A DNA stretch of 29,227 nt from Gemmatimonadaceae bacterium (GTDB lineage Bacteria; Gemmatimonadota; Gemmatimonadetes; Gemmatimonadales; Gemmatimonadaceae), in the NCBI GenBank assembly GCA_044224875.1, contig JBGAJQ010000045.1, forward strand, positions 14,119-43,345, in the 5' to 3' direction. The position numbers and the translations under genes are program-made. Below the pieces are notes generated by a model that was given only the letters and a program-made list of their open reading frames with translations, did not search any database and was not told the origin of the DNA. Positions 1 through 9,618 of the stretch are shown piece by piece. The stretch's first letter is position 1. The number at the start of each line of letters is the position of its first letter.

Positions 1-2
1 CT

Positions 3-827
3 CAACGGTCGCGCGCCGTTTCGCTGTTCATCAGCGGGCTTTCGATCGGTACGGTCGTCGCGTTGCCGGCCACTGGTGGTCTGGTGCGCGCCTACGGCTG
101 GCCGATGCCATTCTACGTGTTTGGCGCGCTGGGGTTCGTATGGGCGTACTTCTGGTTCCGACGCCTCAACGGTGGTCGGGGGGAGGAGGCCCAGATTCCA
201 GCGTCGGCTACTCGAGCCATCCCTTGGCGTAGGATCTGGAGCACGCCAGCAGTGTGGGCCATCATCATCAACCACTTCTGCCACAACTGGGCCCTCTATT
301 TGTTGCTCGCCTGGCTTCCCAGCTATTTCAAGTCGACCTATCAAGTGACGCTGGCAAACGCGGGGGTGCTCTCCGCGGCCCCATGGCTGACAAACTTCCT
401 GATGGCGAACCTCGGCGGCCTCGTGGCGGATCGCATGATGCGAGCGGGCCGGTCCGCCACGTTCGTGCGAAAGCTGCTGCAGTGTACGGGCCTGATCGGA
501 TGCGGGTCGTTCCTCCTGCTGTTGCAGCAGGCGACTACGGTGGGCGCCGCCGTCCTGCTCATGTGCGGCGCGGCCGGGCTACTTGGTCTCTGCATTTCGG
601 GTTACGGTCCGAATGCCTTCGATATCGCGCCGCATTACGCCGACGTGATCTGGGGCATCAGCAACACCGCAGGGACGATACCCGGCATCGTTGGCGTGGC
701 CGTCACGGGATGGTTGGTGCAGGGGACGGGGAGCTATTCCACGCCCTTCATTGTGACGGCGGGGATCGGAGCCTTTGGCGCGCTGGTGTACCTGACGCTC
801 GGTTCTGGCGACCGGAAGATCGAGTAA
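3..827 (+). CDS. MFS transporter, anion:cation symporter (ACS/SLC17-like) family; 5'-truncated by the window edge
   Basis: The frame is open from position 3 (QRSRAVSLFISGLSIGTVVALPATG...). It has multiple TM segments and ACS-type motifs IPWRRI...PAVWAIIINHF, WLPSYF and DIAPHYA...GISNTAGTIPG. Confidence 0.88.
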   Translation, partial: QRSRAVSLFISGLSIGTVVALPATGGLVRAYGWPMPFYVFGALGFVWAYFWFRRLNGGRGEEAQIPASATRAIPWRRIWSTPAVWAIIINHFCHNWALYLLLAWLPSYFKSTYQVTLANAGVLSAAPWLTNFLMANLGGLVADRMMRAGRSATFVRKLLQCTGLIGCGSFLLLLQQATTVGAAVLLMCGAAGLLGLCISGYGPNAFDIAPHYADVIWGISNTAGTIPGIVGVAVTGWLVQGTGSYSTPFIVTAGIGAFGALVYLTLGSGDRKIE

Positions 828-923
828 GGCTCGGCGCAAGCGAATTCCGGTGACGATCGGTTCGTCCTCGACCCGCGCAGCTTATCAGGAAACAGTGTTC
901 GAGCTTCCGTTGCCGGCTATAGA

Positions 924-2246
924 ATGATGCCGCTCCTGCCACGAGGACTTGTGTACGCTCGCACGACGCGCTCCCTCACTCTTGCGGTCCTGATCCTTAT
1001 CGCGTGCAGCGGATCGGCCGCGGCCCCAGTCGTGGCAGTCCCGGCGGGTCCGATCCTCGACCAGGTTCGTGCGCTGCTGCAGCGCGACGAAGGCAAGTGG
1101 ATCGCGGTTCGTCGCGACTTGCATCGACACCCCGAGCTGTCGGGCAATGAGGTCCGAACCGCCTCGGTGGTAGCGCGCGAACTTCGCTCGCTAGGCATCG
1201 AGGTGCGGACTGGGGTCGGCGGCCATGGCGTGGTTGCCCTATTGCGCGGTGCGCGGCCCGGTCCGCTCATCGCATACCGAGCGGACATGGATGCTGTGCC
1301 GTCTACCGCACCCGATCCTGTTGACTTCGGGTCGTTGACCAGCGGGGTACGTCACATCTGCGGCCACGACATCCACACCACCATTGGACTGGCTCTCGCC
1401 ACGGTCCTGCATGCCGTCCGTGATTCCATGGCAGGCAACGTTCTCTTCCTGTTTCAGCCGGCGGAGGAGCGAGCGACTGGTGCACGCGCCATGCTGGCTG
1501 ACGGAGCGTTCGCACCCCTGCGTCCAGCGGCGATCTACGGCCTGCATACGTCACCCTATGAAGTCGGACGGTTAGGCACCACGCCTGGTCCAATGATGGC
1601 CGGCCGAGATCGTTTCGACGTCACAGCCACAGGCGGTGGAGATCTCGCCGCGGCAACCAGCGCCATCACTCAAGCGATCACATCCCTATCGACCGTCGAC
1701 GCCTCCCAACTCAGTGCGCCGCAAGATCCGAATTTCGTCTTTGTTCAGCTGAATGCGCCACAAGCGAGTGCCACGAACGTCCGGCTGCAGGGAACGATCT
1801 CCGTGGCGAGCGCGTCGTCGCGCGCAAGGGCACAACAACTGATCGAGAACGGTCTCCAGCGTCTCGTTCCGGCGGGGGTGACGGTGGCGGCGAGCTACGA
1901 ACCACGATGGATTGCCGGCGTCACCAACGATTCGGGGCTTACGGCCTCGGCGGCGGCCGCGGTGCGCGCCACGTTAGGCGATAACTCCCTCGCCTCGCTC
2001 ACGAGCATCCCCGGTCCGTTTAGCGAGGACTTCGGTTCCTTTCAGGAGCAAGTGCCAGGCGTCTTCTTCTTCCTGGGTGTGGCGAACGCGGCGCGCGGCT
2101 GGAATGGGCAGCCCCACAGTCCCGACTACGTCGCGGACGAGCGTTCGATCGCTACCGGCGCCCTGGCCATGGCCGGAGTGCTACTCGACCGTTTGTCGAG
2201 CGGCCCCTCGCGCGGAATACTGCCGAGGCTTAACTCTCGTCCGTAA
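924..2246 (+). CDS. M20D (Acy1-like) amidohydrolase, probable lipoprotein
   Basis: Motifs RRDLHRHPELS, RADMDA, HICGHD, FQPAEE, GLH, SEDF and HSP. A hydrophobic N-terminus ends in LIAC (lipobox-like). The true start could be GTG 951, after GAGGA. Confidence 0.9.
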   Translation: MMPLLPRGLVYARTTRSLTLAVLILIACSGSAAAPVVAVPAGPILDQVRALLQRDEGKWIAVRRDLHRHPELSGNEVRTASVVARELRSLGIEVRTGVGGHGVVALLRGARPGPLIAYRADMDAVPSTAPDPVDFGSLTSGVRHICGHDIHTTIGLALATVLHAVRDSMAGNVLFLFQPAEERATGARAMLADGAFAPLRPAAIYGLHTSPYEVGRLGTTPGPMMAGRDRFDVTATGGGDLAAATSAITQAITSLSTVDASQLSAPQDPNFVFVQLNAPQASATNVRLQGTISVASASSRARAQQLIENGLQRLVPAGVTVAASYEPRWIAGVTNDSGLTASAAAAVRATLGDNSLASLTSIPGPFSEDFGSFQEQVPGVFFFLGVANAARGWNGQPHSPDYVADERSIATGALAMAGVLLDRLSSGPSRGILPRLNSRP

Positions 2247-2247
2247 C

Positions 2248-3375
2248 ATGGCTTTCAAGCTCTTCAGCCTCGTGATGGCGTTGTGCGCCTTCACCGCGGG
2301 ATGCGCGCGCACCATGGAACCGCGCGCCCCGCTACCGGCACCGTTGCAACTGCCGCCGGACGTTGAGACGGCGCTCTACCTCGTCGGAGACGCGGGAGCA
2401 CCAAATCTTCAACGAGAACCTGTCCTCATCGCGCTCGATCGCATGCTGGCGATGGGTCCGTCGCGCAGTGTGGTGGTCTTCCTGGGCGACAACGTCTACC
2501 CGAGGGGGCTCCCCGACTCCACCGCCGAGGAGTACCCGACGGCCGTGGCTCGGCTCGACGCACAGGTGAGCCTCGTTCGACAGTCAGGGGCGCGCGGGCT
2601 CTTCGTTCCAGGGAACCACGACTGGGCCCATTGGGGGACGGGAGGTTGGGAGGCCATCAAGCGTCAGGTGCAACGGGTGAACGCCACGGGAGCGGGCCTG
2701 GTCACCATGCACCCAACCGGAGGGTGTCCGGGGCCGGACACGTTGGGAATCGGACGCCAGCTGTTGCTCGTGATGATCGACAGTCAGTGGTGGCTTCACG
2801 GCGGGCCAAAACCAACGGGCCCCTCGTCTGGATGTCAGGCCGCCACACGAGAGAGCGCTGTGCAATTGATTCAGGAGGTCCTGGCGACGGCGGGAGAGCG
2901 ACGGGTGGTTGTAGCTGCCCATCACCCGTACGCCAGTGGAGGCGCCCACGGCGGCTTTGCGCCTTGGCCGCAGTATCTGCTCTTGGGATTCCCAGTCTGG
3001 CGCAAGCTATGGGGCTATGGGCAGGACTTGGGCGGCCGTCCGTACAAGGGATTTCGCGCCGACCTGGCGCGGGCATTCGCCGATCACCCACCGTTGGTTT
3101 ATGCCGCCGGTCACGAGCACACGCAACAGGTCATCGCTGACGGTCCAGCGCGATATCAATTCGTCAGCGGGGCGGGGATCTTCAGCCACGAAGGCCCGGT
3201 AACGTCGGTGCGTGGCACACGCCTCGCGTCAAGCCAGTCAGGCTTCATGCGTCTCGATTTCTATCGAGATCGTCGAGTGCGATTCCATGCGTTCGCGGTC
3301 GACCAGGCGGGCGACGCCCGCGTGCTGTGCTCGTCGTGGCTCGATGAGTCACGTGCGTTGGCGCCTTGTCGCTAG
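2248..3375 (+). CDS. Calcineurin-like metallophosphoesterase, probable lipoprotein
   Basis: Motifs GDAG, GDNVY, GNHDW, HHP and GHEH. ATG 2248 follows the upstream stop at 2246. Signal peptide with TAGC lipobox-like site. Confidence 0.9.
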   Translation: MAFKLFSLVMALCAFTAGCARTMEPRAPLPAPLQLPPDVETALYLVGDAGAPNLQREPVLIALDRMLAMGPSRSVVVFLGDNVYPRGLPDSTAEEYPTAVARLDAQVSLVRQSGARGLFVPGNHDWAHWGTGGWEAIKRQVQRVNATGAGLVTMHPTGGCPGPDTLGIGRQLLLVMIDSQWWLHGGPKPTGPSSGCQAATRESAVQLIQEVLATAGERRVVVAAHHPYASGGAHGGFAPWPQYLLLGFPVWRKLWGYGQDLGGRPYKGFRADLARAFADHPPLVYAAGHEHTQQVIADGPARYQFVSGAGIFSHEGPVTSVRGTRLASSQSGFMRLDFYRDRRVRFHAFAVDQAGDARVLCSSWLDESRALAPCR

Positions 3376-3539
3376 CGTCGGTGAACGCATCAGCAGGCCG
3401 GGGCTCCCGCAGCGGCGAGTGGCGACCAGCCGCTCCTAACCGGATCGCTGCAGCCTAGCGGACGTTGAAAGCGTAGGGCTGCCTCGTGCAACCGTCCAAG
3501 GCAGTGTCCCGCGGCGTGATTCACGGGACCAGCCGACAG

Positions 3540-4754
3540 CTACGACAGCAACCGGAGCGCCGTCAGGGCGTAGACTTCGGCACTCTGTACGAGCTTGTCC
3601 ACCGAAACAAACTCGTGCGGACCGTGCGAGACGGAGAGCAGTCCCGGCCCGTAGGCGAGCGCTGGAATGCCTAACGCCGAGTAGTGACGCGTCTCGAGCA
3701 CCCCGGGGCAGATCTCGAAGCGCGCCGTGCGGGCGGTGACGGCCCTGATGCACGTGGCGAGGGCCTTGCCAAGCACACCATCGGCGGGCGTTGCGGCCGA
3801 CCGACCCTCCTGCGTCACCTCCACATCGCAACGAATCCCCTCAGCGCGGGCCGATGAGACGATATCCAGCAGGCGCTGACGCTCGTGCTCGAAGTCTTCC
3901 TCAGGGTTTGTTCGCCGATCGACCGTGAAGGCGGCCAATTCCGGCACCACGTTGAAGTTGTGGCCGCCGGTGAGCTCTCCGCCGAGCAACAGTACCGACC
4001 GTCGCGCCGCCTCTGGACTGATGTTGAAGTTCGTGCGTCGAGAGGACACCTCGGCTTCCAGCGCGCGAAAACCCTCGGCCACCGTCAGCATGCCCTTGAA
4101 CGCATTGATGCCCTTGAAATGCAGGCCCACGTGCGCCGGCTTGCCACGTACTGCGATACGCATGGAGATGACGCCTCGATTGGCATTCCACACCACACCA
4201 CTCGTCGGTTCCATCGTCAGCATTCCGATCGCGTCGCGTTCGATGAGCCCTGCTGCGGCCAGCGCGACCGTACCGCGTGGACCCGACGTCTCCTCGTCCG
4301 GCACGGAAACGGAGATGACCCGTCCCGCCGGCTCAAACCCAGCGGCGGCCAAGGCGCGGATGGCGAAAGCCATGCCGGCGATTCCGCCCTTCATGTCCGC
4401 AGCTCCTCGGCCGTGCAAGTTCGCCTTGCGGACGACCGGCTTGAACAGGCCAGGGCTCTGGACAGGAACTACGTCGTAGTGTCCGCTGAAATACAAGGCA
4501 CGTCCGCCCTCGCCGAACGTCCCGGTAACACAAGGCCCTTCACCCGTCGGATTCACGGTGCGAACCTGCAGCCCCAATTCGCGCAGCCGCTTCGCAATCA
4601 ATCTTGCGCAGGCGTCGTACGAGCGCCCGGGCGGGTTCTCGCTGGGGATGCGAATCAGGTCCGATGCGAAGGCGACGAGATCTGCGCGATCACGCTTCAG
4701 CACCTGACGAACGCGGGCGGCGAGTTGCTTGAATTGGGTGGGTGGCAGGGGCAC
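3540..4754 (-). CDS. M20A ArgE/DapE-family deacylase/peptidase
   Basis: Motifs LIRIPSENPPG, GHYDVVP, GRGAADMKGG, DEE, EPT, H-GPHE. The start was moved to GTG 4754 (VPLPPTQF), which has GGAG upstream. The longer 5111 start overlaps the divergent gene. Confidence 0.9.
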   Translation of the reverse strand: MPLPPTQFKQLAARVRQVLKRDRADLVAFASDLIRIPSENPPGRSYDACARLIAKRLRELGLQVRTVNPTGEGPCVTGTFGEGGRALYFSGHYDVVPVQSPGLFKPVVRKANLHGRGAADMKGGIAGMAFAIRALAAAGFEPAGRVISVSVPDEETSGPRGTVALAAAGLIERDAIGMLTMEPTSGVVWNANRGVISMRIAVRGKPAHVGLHFKGINAFKGMLTVAEGFRALEAEVSSRRTNFNISPEAARRSVLLLGGELTGGHNFNVVPELAAFTVDRRTNPEEDFEHERQRLLDIVSSARAEGIRCDVEVTQEGRSAATPADGVLGKALATCIRAVTARTARFEICPGVLETRHYSALGIPALAYGPGLLSVSHGPHEFVSVDKLVQSAEVYALTALRLLS

Positions 4755-5069
4755 GTTTGACTCCAACGGGATGGCGGGCGTTCTAGCAATCAGGCGGCAC
4801 AGCTGGTGAGCAGGAATGTTGCCTTCCGGCAATTCTGGTCGAGCGTCGGGCGCTTCGCCATGAGTGACGATGCGCGCCGTCTGGAAAATCGAGCGCCTCT
4901 TTGCGAAATCGGCGGAAGCCCCAACGCGACCAGCGAGACCTGACTCCAACAACGCGGAATGCTCGGCTCGATGGCCCTTGGCTCCTGAGTTGCGCGTAAG
5001 CGGCATCGTCGACCAAATGGCGTATCGCTGGCGTTGACAGGCATCGGGCCCGACCCCTTGTTTCGCCGC

Positions 5070-5881
5070 ATGAGCCATCACGCCCGATCCCGAATGCGGC
5101 GCCATGCGCAACTGTTCGTCCGCACCATCGCCGCCGTCAGCCTCACCACGCCGCTTGCCGCGCAGAAGATCATGACATCCGCGGACCTCAGTTCACTCTC
5201 GGCGCCTCCACCCGATGCCCGAATCGCCTACGGGCCCGGGCCCCTCCAGTACGGAAACCTCCGCCTCCCCAAGACGCCTGGACCCCATCAGGTGGTGGTT
5301 TACATCCACGGTGGTTGTTGGCTCTCTGAGTACAACATCACCCACGCCGCCGCGGCTGAGCAGGGCATCGCCGATGCGGGATACGCCGTGTGGAGCCTGG
5401 AGTACCGGCGCGTGGGCGACGAAGGCGGTGGGTGGCCAGGCACTTTTGCAGACGTCGCCAGAGGAGCCGACTTCCTGCGTGAGATCGCGCCAAAGTACGC
5501 CCTCGACCTCCGGCACGTTGTTTGGCGCCCGCCCCCGACCTGGAGGGGCTACATGCAAACGGCGTGTGCGATCATGTGATCGACAAGCTCATGGGTGGCT
5601 CGCCGACCGACCACCCGGAGCGCTACGCCGTGACGTCACTCATGCAGCTGGCGCCGCTGCCGGTTCCCAGTGTGCTGGTCATAGGCGCTCACGACCAGGG
5701 ATGGGGCCCTGTCGGGCGCTCGTACCTGGCGCGGGCACTCGCGGCCGGCGACACCGCCGTGCACGTCGTGGACGCCCCGGAGGCGGGGCACTTCGAGATC
5801 ATCAATCCGGCATCCAGCAGCTGGCCGCTCGTCACGTCTGCGCTCAAGGAACTGTTCGCGCGGATTGGCGCCGCGCGCTAG
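5070..5881 (+). pseudogene. Secreted alpha/beta-hydrolase (esterase/BD-FAE-like), frameshifted with an internal deletion
   Basis: Frame A has a signal peptide ending PLAAQ, then YGPGPLQYGNL, HGGCW, EYRRVG and GGWPGTF up to LDLRHVV. Frame B from 5522 has LAPAPDL, GAHD and AGHF. The G-x-S-x-G nucleophile motif is in neither frame. Confidence 0.8.
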
Positions 5882-5904
5882 CTCCGTCGGCAACAACGAG
5901 CAGG

Positions 5905-6681
5905 TCATCCGCGCTTCAGGAGAATGAACAGCCGCCGGAAAGGGAAGAGTGTCGTCCCATCTGCGCCAGGTGGGTACGCCTCGCGAACCCGCCGGGCGTA
6001 TTCCACTTCGAAGGCGTCACGATCGGCGCTGTCGAGCGCGGCAAGGAATGGTCGCAACCACGTCCCCTTGGTCCATTCCTTCACCGGATCGGTCCCGCGC
6101 AAGACGTGCAGGTACTCGGTTTCCCAGATGTCGACCTCGCCGTACGCCTGCAGCAGCGAGAAGTAGTCAGCGGGAGCGAGCACGGGAGTCTCCCGGATGA
6201 GGGATTCGAGGCGCTCGCGCCATGGACCGGAGCGGGCAGTCGCCGAGATCGCCGTGTGAGAGGGTGCGTCGAAATTGCGTGGCATTTGCACGGCCAGCGT
6301 TCCGCCAGATGCAACCTGCCGAGCCAGGTGCGGGAACAACACGTCGTGCGCCGGAATCCAGTGCAGGGTCGCGTTGGTGAAGACGAGGTCGGCGGGGGCC
6401 GGCGCCGACCATTGGTCGACAGGAGCCTCGACCCACCGCACACTTGGTGTGTCCGCCGCCGCCCGTGCAAGCATCTCGGCGGAGCTGTCGATACCGGTGA
6501 CGTCGGCGTTAGGCCATCGGGCCTTGAGCAGTCTCGTGATCGATCCGGTGCCGCAGCCCAAGTCGAAGATCGTCTGGGGACGTGGGGGATCGAACGCAAG
6601 ACGCGACAGCAAGTCGATGGCCGGGCGGAGTCGCGGCTCGGCGAATCGAAGGTATTGATCAGGGCTCCACGCACCGGACAT
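5905..6681 (-). CDS. tam: Trans-aconitate 2-methyltransferase
   Basis: Motifs WSPDQYLRF...RLRPAIDLL, DLGCGTG, NATLHW, LAVQMP, GTWLRP and FPFRRLF. ATG 6681 has GAGG upstream. Confidence 0.9.
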   Translation of the reverse strand: MSGAWSPDQYLRFAEPRLRPAIDLLSRLAFDPPRPQTIFDLGCGTGSITRLLKARWPNADVTGIDSSAEMLARAAADTPSVRWVEAPVDQWSAPAPADLVFTNATLHWIPAHDVLFPHLARQVASGGTLAVQMPRNFDAPSHTAISATARSGPWRERLESLIRETPVLAPADYFSLLQAYGEVDIWETEYLHVLRGTDPVKEWTKGTWLRPFLAALDSADRDAFEVEYARRVREAYPPGADGTTLFPFRRLFILLKRG

Positions 6682-6866
6682 GTCGCGGTTCCTCTCGAGA
6701 AGGGGACTGTCGTGCACCTCGACGCTCTTCAGGCGAGACGCCTTCGGCAGGCCCGAGGGGCGAAGAGGGACTCCCCGGCGATCGCGCAAAAGGTGCGGTT
6801 GAACATCAACGCCCCGTGTCGTGCATGTTGAACACCGCCTGAATCATGACGGACGCCATCGGAGAA

Positions 6867-9092
6867 TCAGCGCGGCAGTGGAGCGCGCCACAACCCGCGC
6901 CCGAAGGTCACGGCGTACAGGGACGTGCTGTCGGTGAGCAGCTGCATAACGGGAGCACGCGGCAGGACACCGAGAATGTGCTTCCATGTGTAGCCGCCGT
7001 TATCGGTGCCATAGACGCCATCGCTCGTGCCAAGGTACAGGAGACCCGAGCGCGTGGGGTGCGCGACCAGCGCGTTGAGCTGCGCGTTGGGCAGCGTCGT
7101 CCCACCGCGTGAATTCCAGGTCACGCCGCCATCCGTCGAGGCGAAGAACCTTCGGTGTGTCAGCGCAAACAGGTACCCCGGAGTCGAAAGGTGGGGCACG
7201 ATCTGCCGAGCATGGTCGCCAGCCGCAACTGGAAAGCCGCCAACGATCTGCCACGCCGCAGCATCATCGTCGATGTCGGCCTTGTGCAGGACCGCGCCGG
7301 CGTCATCGAGCGCGTACACCTTGCGCGCCTCGGTTGGTGAAAAGGCCACGCTGACGATGGCCGTGGCGACAGGTCCGTAGACCCGCCGCCAGTTGGCGAT
7401 GCCGGCCAAGGGGGGATCGTAGCAAAAGGTGTTGTCCAACGTGTCGCCGCAGTCCGTGCGTCTGCCGGTTGGCGTGGCCTGGCCGTCACGCGTCATCATG
7501 ATCGCGAAGCTGCGATTGGTCACCACGTGAGCAGCCGTCAGGATGATGTTGGAGCCTTCCCGTACGTCAAAGGCGAGCTGGCCCACGGGGTAGTTCAATC
7601 GATTGTAGATCGCACTGGTATCCGAGCGGTTCGTGAACGGCCGCAACGGATCGATATCCGAACTGATGGGCAGCAGGTCTTGCATCGAACCCGCCAGGGG
7701 GTACGTCAGACGCAACAGGTCACGCTGGCCGAACACGATGTAGAAACGAGATGGCACGCTGGGCTCCGCGGACACGAAGTCATTTTCGAGGCCATTGTTA
7801 CCGAACAAGTTGCCGGACGGCGTCGCTCGTTCCCACGCCGGCGAGGCGGCGGTGACATCCCGCGTACCCCAGATCCCCTGATGGTCGGCGTTGCCGATCG
7901 CCGCGCGGCCGCTTCGGGCCACACGATAGAACTGTGCCGTCACCAGGGATCGGTTCAGCGAGGTCACGGCGGTCGACGTATCGGTTGCCTGACGCGAGAA
8001 GACGCCGCCGTCGTTCGAGAGGTACAGGCGATTGCCATCAGCCGAATACACCAGCGACTGCATGTCCTCGTGGCCCGCCTTGACCTCCTTCCATTTCTTG
8101 CCGCCATCGAGCGTGACAAAAAGCGCCGATTGACCAACGGCGATGATGTCGCGATTGGTTGGGTGGATGGCAACGGCATTCGTCCATTCGCCACGGGATC
8201 CACTGTAGTTGCCGCGATACCCGATGTCGCTCCCGCCGTCGTCGCCCTTCCGGTGTCCGGGAAAAGCGAGCGCTCGCCAAGCCGTGGGCGCTCCGGCGCT
8301 GTCATTCGCGATCATGTTGCGACCCATCTTGCCCACGATTCGCGATCCGCTGATTGCCAGCTTAATCATGGGTGTCGCCGTATCGCCCCACGTCGCCCAA
8401 TCTGCTGAGAGTTGCCAGTCGCTCCCTTCGTTTTCTGAGCGCCAGATGCCGCTGTTCCGCACGCCGACATAGATCTCGTTGGGGCTGTTCGGCCGAACGG
8501 CCACGTCAAGCACGTCCCTAGGTCGGCCCGCAGCGTTTGGAAACAGGGTGTCGATGCCGGCCAACTGGTTGTTTGCCAGGCGGATGCGGTAGAGTCCGTC
8601 ACGACTGGCCACCAGGATGCGCGTCTCCTTGGCCAGCTTCGTGTAGTTGCCGGCGGGAATTCGTGTCAATCCCTCCGACAGCACCAACCGGCGCACGTAA
8701 AGGAAGTTCTGTTCAGCCACTCGCTGCCACGAGAGTCCATGGTTGGTCGTGTGGTACACGAAGCCAAGTCCATTGGCCGCGACGATGTAGTTGGAATCGG
8801 TCGGCGACTTGGCGACGCCGCGCATTTGCAGGTTCTCCAGCTGGTCCGAAAGGGGACGCCAGGTGCTGCCCGACACGTCGACGTTGGGCAGGACCCAGAT
8901 CCCGCCGTTTTCGGCGGCTGCGTACAGGCGTTTGGGGTTCGCGGGATCCACGATGACTTCGCGAATCGAGCCACTCATCTCCCGTGGACCTAGGGACGTC
9001 CAGCTGTAATGCAGTTGACAGCTCGAGCAGCTGGCCGTCGATGTCGCAATTGCGAGGAGGACGGTGCGTCGGACGCATGGAACGTCGAGCAT
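6867..9092 (-). CDS. Exported BNR/Asp-box beta-propeller protein (VPS10/GH74/sialidase-like fold), function unknown
   Basis: N-terminal WTSLGP...SGSIR...DPANP...YAAAENGGIW, several S/T-x-D-G-G-x-T/S-W boxes, HEDMQ, NDGG and a C-terminal TFGRGLW. ATG 9092 has GAGG upstream and is followed by a hydrophobic leader with TASC. Confidence 0.82.
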   Translation of the reverse strand: MLDVPCVRRTVLLAIATSTASCSSCQLHYSWTSLGPREMSGSIREVIVDPANPKRLYAAAENGGIWVLPNVDVSGSTWRPLSDQLENLQMRGVAKSPTDSNYIVAANGLGFVYHTTNHGLSWQRVAEQNFLYVRRLVLSEGLTRIPAGNYTKLAKETRILVASRDGLYRIRLANNQLAGIDTLFPNAAGRPRDVLDVAVRPNSPNEIYVGVRNSGIWRSENEGSDWQLSADWATWGDTATPMIKLAISGSRIVGKMGRNMIANDSAGAPTAWRALAFPGHRKGDDGGSDIGYRGNYSGSRGEWTNAVAIHPTNRDIIAVGQSALFVTLDGGKKWKEVKAGHEDMQSLVYSADGNRLYLSNDGGVFSRQATDTSTAVTSLNRSLVTAQFYRVARSGRAAIGNADHQGIWGTRDVTAASPAWERATPSGNLFGNNGLENDFVSAEPSVPSRFYIVFGQRDLLRLTYPLAGSMQDLLPISSDIDPLRPFTNRSDTSAIYNRLNYPVGQLAFDVREGSNIILTAAHVVTNRSFAIMMTRDGQATPTGRRTDCGDTLDNTFCYDPPLAGIANWRRVYGPVATAIVSVAFSPTEARKVYALDDAGAVLHKADIDDDAAAWQIVGGFPVAAGDHARQIVPHLSTPGYLFALTHRRFFASTDGGVTWNSRGGTTLPNAQLNALVAHPTRSGLLYLGTSDGVYGTDNGGYTWKHILGVLPRAPVMQLLTDSTSLYAVTFGRGLWRAPLPR

Positions 9093-9618
9093 GTCGGACC
9101 TCTGGAGGGGCGCGTGAGTACGGTGGGTGTGCTGCACAATCTGCGGCAATCCAGCGATTCCCGACAGCGCGATCCACGTGCTGAGGCGCGCCCCTGACGC
9201 GAGCCGCCAGCGTACGTCAATCGACCGTCGGCCCCACCAGCGGCCCGTCACAACGGACGCCAAGGCCATGGGTTCTGGCGTGTTCCATGGAACGCACTCA
9301 TCCTTCCCCTGACCCATCTCGAGACTGGCCGCCCGTGGCCGGGATAAGGGCGGTTGGTTCTGCCAACTCAGGCACGAACACGATCCCTTATAGTCTCCTC
9401 GGCGGAGCACCGTCCGATGAGGCACTCGTTAGGCCACGTTTCCGCGCGAGTGATTGGCCGAACATACCGGAGAGTGCATGCAGAAGAGAGGTCGCGCACG
9501 AGGAGGACCGGCCCACGATCTCCTCCATCCCGTTCCGCCCGCACCGTCCACTGACGCAGCGCCCCCAGATGCCACGGGGCCAATGACCCCGTCAGCGCTC
9601 GCCGGACGGCAGGTACTC

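Noticed and set aside
4755..5111. Long N-terminal extensions given by the ORF track (also 2077-2247, 9093-9425, 20815-21219, 6682-6789)
   Set aside because: They show no family similarity and some overlap neighbouring genes. Downstream starts have better RBS and signal-peptide context.
6700..6800. Riboswitch upstream of tam (GCCGAAGG on the minus strand, hairpin CCTTCGG/CCGAGGG)
   Set aside because: Only one GC-rich hairpin is present, with no complete aptamer consensus.
5215..6831. 538-aa + strand ORF and other long alternative or antisense ORFs (10485-11936, 13609-14952, 20488-21552, 21077-22003)
   Set aside because: These are shadow ORFs of well-supported genes in high-GC DNA, are Arg/Pro/Gly-rich and have no recognisable motifs.
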